From Eledone cirrhosa (lineage: Eukaryota): a DNA stretch of 64,000 nucleotides. The stretch spans positions 65,782,001 to 65,846,000 of the forward strand of contig OZ024746.1 in NCBI GenBank assembly GCA_964016885.1, in the 5' to 3' direction. The notes below the pieces were generated by a model. It was not told the DNA's origin, did not search any database, and saw only the letters and a list, made by a program, of their open reading frames with translations. Of the stretch, positions 40,081 through 53,530 are shown in pieces. Position numbers and translations under genes: made by a program. The stretch's first letter is position 1; each line of letters begins with the position of its first letter.

Positions 40081-41648
40081 TTTTAAATTTTATATATATA
40101 TAATGTATACCTCCGTCCATGCGGCCCCTATCACTTGCTATGAACGCGTCAAGAAACAGTCATTTTTTCTGAGGTGTCTGTTGATAAGCCATGATGCACA
40201 TTTTTAGTGCACAGCCGGAGCACATGGATCGGCAAAACTGCAATCCGTACTTTGAAGAAAAAATAGGTATATTTTTTGTCTATCATTTCCTCATATTTTG
40301 TAATTTCATATATATATAGTTTCAAGTAATCAGTGTTAATTGATCAAGCAAATGACCGTCTATCGTGTAATCAGACGTATATACTCCACGACGTGGGTGC
40401 TATAAGGTCTTATCTATATGGTACTAGACTGAAAATTAATATTATAAAAAAGAAGAGAGATGGTAACATGTATACATCTTCAGTGTATTACTACTTAGAG
40501 ACTCTCACCATTGGTTTGGTTTAGCTTCAATTAGTACAGCGTAAGTAAGGAACTTTAAATCAATTTACTGGTCACGCGATATTATTAATATATTTGCTTG
40601 TTTGACACAAAAACCAATAATTTTCTTGAGGCACGTTCCGTTATGTGTGGTATTGTTATGTAGCCCAATGTCATTTCTGATCGAGCAGTCAAAAAGTAAA
40701 TGATTATAAATATTTTTAATTAGATTTCATATGTTACAAAATATGTGTTCATATTCAAAACAGTTGGTTTTATATCGGCAGATTATTGGATGTTTTCTTT
40801 TTTGTTTTGTTTTGCATGTAGAATGATCATTCAGATATGCGTTCTTGTAGTTGTAGACCCTTTTGCTAGATGTTTCAATTGTTTTTATCATCTAGCTAGG
40901 TTATTACGCCCAAATATCTAATGCTTCAAAATTCGTGTTGCTTATGTAAAATCAACTAGCACGAAATGGAAAAATGCGAACACATATAAGAAATCAGAAA
41001 ATAAATATCGTCCAGAGTCCTCTAGATTGGAATACAGAAACTAATAGTCAAATATCCCTTAAATGACTGTGATGACAGCAGGAATTAATATAACGTACGA
41101 TTTCCTATTGAATATAAAAAAATAGAGAAGTTGCTTGTAGCTGGAATACCTTTTATAATAGATCTAATGTAGTAGTTGACAAACTTTAATGGAGATTAGA
41201 AATGTATTTATGTCTCGCTGCGAAAGGTGAACAACTATGAAACGATAATCATCGAAGGCTATGAAAACAAATTGCTTTTAATTACTTTAATGTTTTCCGT
41301 ATAAGTGTAATGTAAAGGAAATGTTTTCATCTATGATATAAGAAGCTATATAGAGTTAGAATAACAATACTTGAATCATAAACAATCTCAACAGAGCGGC
41401 ATGATAGCTGGAAATGAATAAATAACTGCCAAAATCTTTCTCAATTAAAGTAATTCAAGGCAAACATTAGTCTCATTATATAATGTCACATGGAAAATAG
41501 TGTGTCAGTTTTATGAATTTGCCTTATGTGTATAAAACTATATTTGTGAGTGCCAGGACAAAAATGGTCAAATGAGACAGTAGAAAACTTATATGTGTGA
41601 TAGTATGACATCAAAAGAGATGAGAAGGGTCTAAACTGCATGCTAAAT

Positions 41649-41828
41649 AATTGTTTCTAGTTTTGGCACAAGGTCAGCAATTACCCAGTGCATTACTGGT
41701 ACTTTATTTTATCGACCCCGTAAGGATGAAAGGCAAAGTTAACCTGCGCGGGATTTGAACTCAGATCATAAAGGGCAGTAACTCTATGCGACAAAGCATG
41801 GCGTCCGACCCTCTACCGATACTGGCAG
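41649..41828 (-). mobile_element. tRNA-derived SINE
   Basis: Reverse complement of the family consensus. Confidence 0.85.
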
Positions 41829-42676
41829 ATAGCTCGTTACGATAAAAAATGCATTAAGTATGGTAAAGCGTTTATATTTACCTAAACGTCTATATATTAT
41901 CTATCAATGAGAACTAGTAATGCTTTTGATTGTTGTAGGCATATCATATTATCAAAGTGAGGTTTGATATTTGTTTTTAATGTTATTAGAATATGATTGC
42001 TAGTGGCGATTATTTAACACCGACATAAAAACTGGTCCAATATACTTCACCTTTGAACAGTTTTTCACATAAATAGACAGTGCTAAATTTTCCAACGCAC
42101 ACCCGAAGAAAGGATATTAAAGAAATACACCTTTCGTCTGGGATGTAGTTATAAAAGTCAATCAATTTTTTCCTTTTGTAAAATCATGCTATTTTTACCT
42201 AGAGAGCAATGGCATAGATTTGGAAATCTGATAGAAGTTCAAAGATAATGCAATGAAATAGATTTTGAATGTTTTGTTATATTTTCAAATTTTTATCAAA
42301 ATCTGAAAAAAAACTTCAAACTGGTGAGAATGTCCTGAACATTTGAAAGGAAATGGAGAATTTAGTTGTTGGTTGGATGTTTTAAAATGTCTGTGTGTGT
42401 GTGTTATAGTGAATACAGAGAGATGTTTCTAGATTTCCATACTTCAGTTTATTAGATATTTAATAAACTAAACTATGGAAATTTAAAACTATCTCTTCTT
42501 ATATACTAACATACAGATACATCGTCGGACACCGTGCATTTGATAGCAATTCTTCCTTACATGGGTAAAATTGACGTGTCGTACCTAAGCCTGATTAATC
42601 CATACTGCCTTCGTTGCCGTGAAAATATTCAACACCAACTATCATGCAAAATATATTTTAAAACAACAAACAATAT

Positions 42677-43480
<804 letters not shown>

Positions 43481-46400
43481 TGTTTGTTGTTTTAAAATAT
43501 ATTTTGCATGATATATATTTATCGAAGTCAAGAGGATGAAAGACATATTGAATTTCAGGTAACTGAAAAACATTACAACTGATATGTCTACGTGGGATGA
43601 TTGAAATCAGGTATTTCTTCAACACACCGTTTATTAAACTCTTATTCTTATATATACCACTTAGTTCCATACAATGTTGATAAGCTCTTCTTCATTTGCA
43701 TGTAGATGGACTGATTACTGACAAATAAGGTGTTCGGGAATAAACCGGAGCACATTATAATATAAATGACTGCGTTTTCTTAAATGAAAACATAGTTCTG
43801 TCGGGTTCTTATCAATATATTTCTTCTTAGATGGAACATTTATGCAACGTTAAACACATTTTCTATTAAATTCTTTATTTCTTTGTCGAAATATATTTTT
43901 ACAGCGGTAAACTATGAGATCGCCGCTATTCCGTAAAGAAATAAATGATTGCCACAAACGTGGTTCTTGCTATTATCGGTCCGTACACCATTAGGTTCTA
44001 ATAATGGCAAAATTGAATTTCATAAAGGTTTTACCCAGAACATTCATATCTACAGAGAAACAAATGAAATCTGTTAATTACGATTACATTTGATTTTAAT
44101 AACAGACCAATTACAGGGAAATATTTTAAATATTTGACGACTGTATCCATTATTGACGATCGAAATGAAGAAATAACGTTTGCCAAATTTGATGTAATAA
44201 ATTGCAGGCATACATATGTTCAGTGTCTGGAAAGTAATGAATATGTAAAGCTATTTGCTTAGAAATTCTATAAATAACGTTTTTTGATAGCTCATTCAAT
44301 GAAATGTACAGGCTGTAGCTGTGTATTGCTAAGAACGTTGGGACGATAATGCTGGTTTAAAATATACTCACTGGATTAGTTATATACTTTTATTTGCAGC
44401 ACGTGTATATGTGATCCTATATTATAGATGGAGTAAAAGGAACTACTTTCGTTTTGTACAGTTACATCTCTGAAATATGTCATGGAAATGTTTAAATTGA
44501 TATCATATGAATCATACTAAATCTGTAAACGATTGTTCTTACTGTTTCCATGTATAATTTAACACACACGTATGTCCAATAAAGAACCACACACAAGCGC
44601 ACATGGACTCACATACATGTATACACACAAACATAGGAATATCCACACTGACATATGAATATACCATTCTGGAAATTATATTTTATTAAACTCATTTCCT
44701 TCAACCCGTAAGTGATTGGGGAGACGTAGGGTCACCATAGTTACATACAGTGCCCTTTCGGCACTTTTTAAAAGCTGGTAGACCTCATCTTCTCACCATG
44801 ACTAAACGCAGCCGATTTCTGCCAGAGAAGGAGAGAGAGTGTGAGGGAGGCTGTGAGGGAGAAATAGTCATAGAGGAAGAACAGACACCAGTACTGTATG
44901 GGTGCTCCATTTATCGAAGTCAAGAGGATGAAAGGCAAAGTTGACCTCAGAATAATTTGAACTCAAAGTGCCCCAAGCCGGACCGAATACAGCAACGCAA
45001 TCGATGCAATGTTTCAACGGTTCTACAAACTCGCCATCTTACTATACTGGACAAGTGTGTTGATGGACACATTATTTATCTATCTGATTTCAAATGTATT
45101 GCTAATGAATCGTTAGTTCTTGATAACAGTTTGATTAATTAATTATTGGTTACACTATTCACTTCCTCTTCAGATTAGTGTCCTTATTCCAAACTTACTA
45201 TCGAGTTAGTAGCTATAAATCATCATTAAAATAAATTCGTCCCCATTTCTTTTAAACATTACATTATTTGCTTTTCCCATTGATTATATCATGACAGTTT
45301 TATGTTAGAGATATTACTTCACCAAAATCAGAATTGAGTATTTTGATTTCAAAACTGGTGCAAACCTAGTGTTTATATCTTCAATGTTATTCAATGCACT
45401 CCCGTCGTAGCCATTTTGAAATGTAGCAGAATTATCATAATTAATATACACTGATTTCTAGAATGTGCAATATTGAAAAGCACGGAAACCGTAATGCTTT
45501 AAATAAACTTCAGATTAATTTTTTACAAGTAATCTTTGCTTTTTCGTTTGGATGCTGATTGGTTTATAAGTTTCCAAACTTAAATCTAAAATACCATTAA
45601 TAAGAGTGGACAATAACATAAATTGTGGATGCATGTATTTTCTAAAACATCTTAGATTAGCTGGTAACCCAGGGATCATCGCCTAACATCTACTTCATTA
45701 ACAGACAATATAAGATCATATTAGATTTCGGGTTCTATGTATCTCCATGGATGTAGAACATTATTGTTTACACAGCCAGAGACATATTCCGTGATTCATC
45801 CTATCTATGTTGCAAATCTACCTCATCACCATATCATTCTCAAATCTGCACATCTCATCAATGTTTTTATTTAACCCACCTTCTCTCTCTCTCCTTTCTC
45901 CCTGTCTATTTTCCCTCTCACCACTCACTGTTTGATTTACACGCATTCACATTCATACACGTTCACATTGCATATATTTGCATATATGTATGTACGTGCT
46001 TATAGGCCTGTGATAGTGTAATTTAGTTGTTTATGATGGTTATTTATCGAGTGAACATTCTATGGTGCTTTTATGTGTTCTGGGAAAGCTGGAATCCAGA
46101 ATCCTGGAGTTCCATTGAGGTGAATATAATTTGAATATAACCTCCTCAAGCAGCTGCATAAAGTTATCCAATATATATATAAATATATATACATACTGAT
46201 TTCGTCCGACACGTTTTAAGACCAGCGAGAGAAATGATGAATCTGCCAGAGAGATTTGGAGCCCTAGAATTATGAAGGTGAAATTGAATTGGGACGCTCG
46301 TACCAATATTACTATATATTAAGCAGATATTGTCTACAATATATTTTAAAACCACGATATATAGTAAATTCCAACTATATATCGTAGTGTTTTATAAAAT

Positions 46401-46758
46401 GTTTTTAATATATTTTGTTCATTATATTTCATATACCTGGAATTGTATGCATGTATGTTTTCACTATATTTTCTTTTAGATCTAGCTCTATTCTTTGAAG
46501 GTTAAAGTCGCTTAGAAATAGAGAAGCTGCAGTAAGGTTATAGTAGGTTATTCAATAATTATACCATATACTGAAGAAACAATTCCAAAAGTTGAAAACA
46601 TTTTTTAAAACAACGATATATAATGTACACAGAGAATGGATAAATGTTTGTAAAATGTTTCCAACAAACGACTCTCGGCACAATAACCACTTGGAGATAC
46701 TTGGCCTTTGCCCAAACTCAATATCAACTTTTCAACGTCTTAAACCCAACTCTACTAA

Positions 46759-46830
46759 TGCAAACCCCAAATAGTGACACTATACAAACATGACTGCAAA
46801 CCCCAAATAGTGACACTATACAAAAATGAC
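46759..46830. repeat. 36-bp tandem duplication
   Basis: TGCAAACCCCAAATAGTGACACTATACAAAMATGAC, two copies. Confidence 0.9.
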
Positions 46831-49800
46831 TGACAATCTTAAATTATATTTTCAAATATTAATTTGAATGTTCCAAGTTACACAGTATTGTAGATATTTT
46901 AACATAATCCTCATGTAATGTCAATTAAGAACTGAAGAGTCAAATTATGCATTGTTATTAAGGTAATCATTACATTACGGCATATTTATAAGATTATAAA
47001 TAATCGAATTAACTTTTAAGATAGACACTGCTATAAGAAGATACATTAAAAGAGGTAATGCTTAATCAGAATGAATAGCATTGTGTACTGTTAACCACAA
47101 ATGAATTTATAATTACAATATTCACAGAATATTATAGTAATAATCGGACACTTTCCCGTTTACTATTTCAATTCTCTTCTGAAATCTTGATGTATGCTAC
47201 ATAATATCATTATGCTAAGAATATAGTTGAGCCAAATGCTTTACATATTATTTTTTTAATAACAAAATGAATATAAAAATAAAATTTAGTGAATGTGTTT
47301 TTTATTTGATAAAGATTGCACTTGTTAATTGATTTAGCTATTTACACCTGTTCCATTGGATAAGAAAATAAATTGCCTATAGAAATATAATGGTTATCTT
47401 TGATAAATGTACTGAAATTTCATGCTATCATAAAATTATATGAATTAAAAAAAGGTTGATTTAATTATTGATCGATGTAATTGACGGAAACCCCCCGAGA
47501 GAAGACATTTTATTGATCAACAGTTTTCATTTTAGCGCCCACAAGTGGCGCAATGTCGGTCTTAAAACTCGAGGAAACATTTTTATTCTCTATAATCTTG
47601 TAATATTGAATATTGACTATGTCCTTCTGTTTATTTGTATTTGATGAATTAATATTCAAAGACTGACAACGGAAAAAAGCAGATTTTGATTACAGATAGC
47701 GGGTAAAGATGTTAGATTACAGGAAACTATTTCCTATCAGACAATACTTCATAGGAAAATTCCTATAATATCTCTCAAATCATGTACTGGACAATATCAA
47801 ATGTTATAGTTTTAAACAGATAATGTGAATGCGTCTTTTAATGAAAAGAAGATTTGAAATTGTTAATCTTTAAAGGAATATATCCTCATGAAAGTGATAT
47901 TTTATTTGTTCATTTTACCAGACGTCAAAGAGTACTTCTTGGCCTTTCCCACAATTGGTCATCCATCATATTTGCTATCCGTTATGATATTTTAAATTCT
48001 ATCTCGGTACAATTCTATTTCGGTACAATAATACATCAATTAGTTTGGTCACCCTCGCCTTTCCTTATGGTAGAGTTCAAAGGAAATTTGTAATTAACTC
48101 GATTTATAATGGGAAGTTCATCGATTTTAGTAAAGATAACAGTTATGGTAAGTAACCCTGTTTATATGGATACAGAATATCTACACTAAAATATTCTCAG
48201 TCTGGACTTTGCTAAATTTGCGTATTATTAATTTGGTAATGTTTTCGTAATTATTAGGTATTTTGGTGAGTAAACGAATAAAAAAAAAGATACTTATCAG
48301 TGAAGTAGCGTCGTTGCCAAAAAGGTTGTATTAATATATTGAGTAGTGTAAAATATACAGGCTATTAATTTGAACACATGTAGCAATCTTCATCTATATA
48401 TTAGTTTCATCGATTTCTGTAAAAGATCTTTATTGCGACAAATTCTAAAGAAAGAAAACCAGTCTACGATTTGTGAAAAATAACTTCAGAGACATCTGTT
48501 TTCAATTATATCATATCCGATTCATATTTATTATATACGATTACCAGTTTTATTAATAATGCTTTTACTGGTTTTCATTTTTAATGACATTAAATCTAAA
48601 TATATTTTCCTATTTTACAGCTTTACCAGTGATAACACGCAGTTCAGCAGAATTTATTTAAATATCAGTTTAGTATATTCTATTAGCTATCAGAATCAGT
48701 TTTATTTAATTATCACACTTTTCACGGCAATGCAATCATTTTAATGCAATATGATTTGTTTCGAGTTGTACGTAAATTTAAAAAAAAGAGAAGAAAGTTC
48801 TTCAGGATCCATTGTACGAAAACAAATTGTTGATTCATGAATAAAGATATAATTGAATTAAATATTTTAATGATTAGATCTCATGATCCAAATCTAAGTG
48901 CCCTGCATTCGCTTCCTAGGCAATATATGACAGGAGGCAGCCTCAGTCTATTTGTTTGTCCTGATAGTGACCGCAGCCATATATACACCAATCCATACAC
49001 TATCATTACGGTAACGAAAAGGGCAAGTTAGAGAATATAGTCCTACATCTACCTAAATGAACGAGAATATCGTGGCTGAAATATAGCTTTATTATATGTC
49101 TGCCCTATTAAACAACACATCAGCACATACACACACACGCCAAAACACACGCACGCGCAAGCAACAGTTTATTTTCCTCCTGCCTGAAATTTACAATGCT
49201 TTATGTGGTTAATTGATGTTGTTTAACAACAATTATCAAAAATGCATCATCGTTGATAATGCCAATGTTAATTCAGACACAGTAGGTTATGTGACAAAGA
49301 TGTGAATGCAGGATGCAATAAATAGAGCAACCAGTTAGATCTCTCATCACATTTATTGTACATTGTTCTGTTTTAGATCAAGGTAAAATTCTATTCAGTT
49401 GATATATAATAAATATCATTCCACTTTGAAAATTATTATTGCAAAGGGCCGGTCCAAGTAATCTATTGAGTATCATGATCATACGATAGTTGGTGATATT
49501 TGGTCTTTGCTATGTATACCCACGAAGACACTATTGCGAGAATCTCTGATGTAGAAGACAGAAGAAGGCATGGCAAACTTGTCAAGGCCTCGTTGGTGTC
49601 TGAAAACGAGAACCTAGTTGGTCTGAGTCTGGCCAAGGAGATTACCCAGTTCATGGCGTGCAGATCTGTAGGTTGGTAATATGTCGTCACCAACAGGTTC
49701 ACAAAGAGTTACAGCTTGTGACGGACAGTGCGGTTTGGAGATATTTCGTTGCTTAGTTATTCATAAAGAGCCATATTTGACAAGTTTTGCAACCATGCTT

Positions 49801-51077
49801 GTTGGAAATATTTCGTCACCAAATGCGTCAGAGTGAGTAAAATGAAGTAAAAAATAAGAAAGACGTTTTGTTCAATAGCTGCATTTACTTAGAAGCTGGT
49901 GGGGTAGATAAAAACAAGGGGCTACATTACAACTATGTAGCGTCTACTAATTACTTTATGAAAAAAATTTGTTACGGGTGTTATAACAATGGGGCATTTT
50001 TATTTGTATATTTGCTAAAAGAAGAAGTGTTTGAGGTGGTTCTCTGGAACTTAAACATTTTGACTTGTGGCGGTAATGGAAGCGAAAAAGATAGGAGAAG
50101 GGAAATGAAAGTATTAACAAAACTTATAATTATAAGACTTAATCAGCTGAAAACGCGTAGTAAATCACTTATGAAAAATTAAACAAACAACCTCATTTGT
50201 ATTTTTTAAATGTTAAACTCATTTAGTACAATCTCGATTGTCTGGAAACTGGATTAGAAACATAACTTCCGCCAGGAAAAATACCATATTCGTTTAACAA
50301 AACGTTCTCTGAAAAATCAGTGATACATTCTGAAGTCATTAAATAGTAACACAATCTGATATGTTAATTGAAATTCTTTGGCAAAGATGGGTGAAGATAA
50401 TTATACTTTAGCATGTTTTATCTACATACTTTGATCTATAGCGATAAAGAATCAGTAAACGTCTATAACTTATCATTTATAAAACACTGTCTTATAATAT
50501 TTCTTCTGAACTTTCCATAGATAAACGCTCAAAGAAACGTCTTGTTTAATTAAAATGTATCTGAAACGCTAAAGTTTCATACATTAAAAAAATAGATTCA
50601 ATTCATTAAAGACTACTATTGTTAAAACATAAATGATGAAAGAATAAACATAAAATGAAAATATTTTTCTCCGTTCCCATAGATGATATTTACCGATGAG
50701 GCAGGGAGACGCTCAAAAGTATCCACGCTTCTGCATCTAGTCATTTTAATAATGCATACTATAGCCATACGTTATCTAATATAGCCTGTATTTAAAACAA
50801 TATGGTGTAATTTCAGATCATTTGACAGCTATTTCTAGACAACCCACTGGCCTTTTCATAGCCGCCACGGTAGGGATTTAATCAGATAGTAACTGATTAG
50901 TTCAGTAGAATTGCCATGTTATCTTACATTAATATTGTAAAGAACCTATGTCCATACATGGTCCTATAGAGAGGAAATATAGATTTAAATGTTTGCTGAA
51001 TGCTCTAATAGCACGCGAGGAAGTCAACGTTTCGCAGCCACAGTAGGAAGAACACCTCTTGTCACTTTTCATTATAT

Positions 51078-51197
51078 TCGGTCTGAGTTAAAATCCTGTC
51101 GAGGTTAACTTTGCCTTTTATCTTTACGGGTCGATAAAATAAAGTACCAGTAATGTACTGCGTAATTGCTGGCCTTGTGCCAAACGTAGAAACAATT
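51078..51197 (+). mobile_element. 5'-truncated SINE
   Basis: B-box through GTAGAAACAATT end. Confidence 0.8.
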
Positions 51198-52319
51198 AGA
51201 TTCGAAGATGTTTTCTTTTAAAGACCAACAAATAAATGTTGATATCATCGGCTGATATTTATGCGTATATTTTACAATACAATTTTAATGCATCATCACA
51301 ATACACTTCACAATTAGAAAAACGGGTGACAAAGAATAGAATCACGATTTAAAGAAGCATAAAATGTGTGAAAAGTCGATTCTTCAGTGATTTCCATCGC
51401 CTTCACGCTTATGTAACGGCAAAGGAAAGTGAAATACATTTGCTGCTGTCTGTACATAGCATGAATTTCCAGAAACTAGCAAATTAGTCACACAAAAAAC
51501 ATAATAAACAAAGGTGTATCATTGTAGAATGCAGCGATGTGTGCAGTGTTAAAAGACAATGCTGATACAAACACTATTAAACGTAAATACTTTGAGATGT
51601 TAAAGCATTGTTCGAAGATACATTGCATTTGTTGTAGATTGAAATAGATTTATTGAAATATATTTATCTTCATTTATACATATAATAATTGAACAAAATA
51701 TAAGCATTGAGGTGATTATAGCGTAATTATATCCATTATTATATATTATTATATTCATTTAAAGATAAATGTATCTATGTTTTGGGTTTATGGATAGTTT
51801 GAGGAATCTAAATAATTAGTACCCCGTGAATTAACCACAGGCCTAGGCTGTTGTATGATTATTATCAAATTATTTAGTCTGATAATGCTTGCTGGCAGGT
51901 ATATATATATACATATAGTCACATAACCGTATTTGTGCACACACGCACAAACATATTATACACACTCACATATATATATCCCCTTCTCACGAAGCGTTCT
52001 TCCCGTATTTTCATGCGCACCACTTTCCACTCCACCCTCATTGGAATCCGCGCCATTATCCACGACCTCCCACGAACCTTTCAGATACACTCTAGAAACA
52101 CGTTTTGAATAAAATATCATTATTTTGGTTAACTCATGCAACACAAGGTACTTCTGCAAGTAAGCATATATACACACACATATATATATATATATATACA
52201 TATATACATCCACATACCGGATCATAACATATATCGAGTACCTCTATGATTTGTGGTCCTCCGGAGAGACTCAAGATATATGTATATATATACAGTATAT
52301 ATATATATATATATATACA

Positions 52320-52356
<37 letters not shown>

Positions 52357-52358
<2 letters not shown>

Positions 52359-52705
52359 AGCAAGTTATAGTTCACTTGAAGCATTATGTAATGAGGTATA
52401 CACGTTTGAATTTGTAAAGCCAAAACAATGCAGGTATGGAGATAGAATAAAAAATGCAAATGCAAAAGATATTGTTGACAATTAGTCTTTTACCTTAGAT
52501 TTGTTTAAATGTCCTTAATTATCGAGATAATATCTCCTCTTCGGAGGGAAGTAAAGTTGACTTGGAAAGCTATTTAGAACACTGAAGATATTATCTCGAA
52601 AATTAAGGACATTTAAATAAATCTAAGGTAAAAGATTAATTGTCAACAATATCTTTTGGATTTGCATTTTTTATTCTGCATTGTTTTGGCTTTACAAATT
52701 CAAAC

Positions 52706-52710
<5 letters not shown>
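52357..52710. mobile_element. Palindromic element, three-copy family (copy 3, opposite orientation)
   Basis: Tail on the left; longest arms of the three (about 52404-52535 and 52586-52710). CTGAAGA..GAAA remnant at 52582-52601. Confidence 0.8.
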
Positions 52711-52749
<39 letters not shown>

Positions 52750-52843
52750 GTGGAACACTGGAAGGTAATATCCCTAGTGGTAGAGCACTCAGTCCAAGGG
52801 ACGAGTTAGGTAGAAGTGGTTACACAACAGTTAGTTCACCATA

Positions 52844-52883
52844 CCGAGAACAATTGTTTCACCTTCGCGGATCTTCAGCTCGG
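52844..52883 (-). ncRNA. Minimal type I hammerhead motif, intact core
   Basis: CCGAG-CTGAAGA-TCCGCGAAGGT-GAAAC-AATT-GTT-CTCGG inside the palindrome at about 52813-52983. The plus-strand mirror (52912-52951) has a damaged stem I. Confidence 0.85.
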
Positions 52884-52979
52884 GATGTGTATAACCATAC
52901 ACATACACATCCCGAGCTGAAGATCCGCGAAGGTGAAACAAATGTTCTCAATATGGTGAACTAACTGTTGTGTAACCAC

Positions 52980-53049
<70 letters not shown>

Positions 53050-53057
<8 letters not shown>

Positions 53058-53530
53058 AATGAATAATAACAGGTAGACATCATAAAAAGGTAATTTATTC
53101 CGTGTGCTTACAAATGTTTCCACGGTGGTACTACAGCCTAGTTATGCTATGTGAAAATTTACAACTATTTGCAGAACTCAAATATCCAATGCTGTCACCA
53201 CTGTATCCTCAGAGCAGACATTTCTGCTCTGAGGATACAGTGGTCACAGCATTGGATATTTGAGTTCTGCAAATAGTTGTAAATTTGCACATAGCATAAC
53301 TAGGATGTAGTACCACCGTGGAAACATTTGTAAGCTCACGGAATAAATTACCTTTTTATGATGTCTACCTGTTATTATTCATTCTTTATATACACTCCGG
53401 AATACAGAAGGATCAGGAACTAAGTTTCTTCAACAATTCTTCCATAACTCGTAGAGTAACCTCTCACCGTACGTCAACCATATCGACTGTAGTAATTAAC
53501 CATTACTACATCTAGGATAATCCTATACCT
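53050..53530. mobile_element. Palindromic (TA)n-flanked element
   Basis: Arms 53050-53218 and 53223-53392, 4-nt spacer, few mismatches, ~140-nt right extension. Confidence 0.8.
53105..53216 (-). ncRNA. Type I hammerhead motif with long stem II insertion
   Basis: TGCT-CTGAGGA-TACAGTGGT...ACCACCGTG-GAAAC-ATTT-GTA-AGCA, followed by AATAAA. Mirror copy on the plus strand at 53226-53335. Confidence 0.75.
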
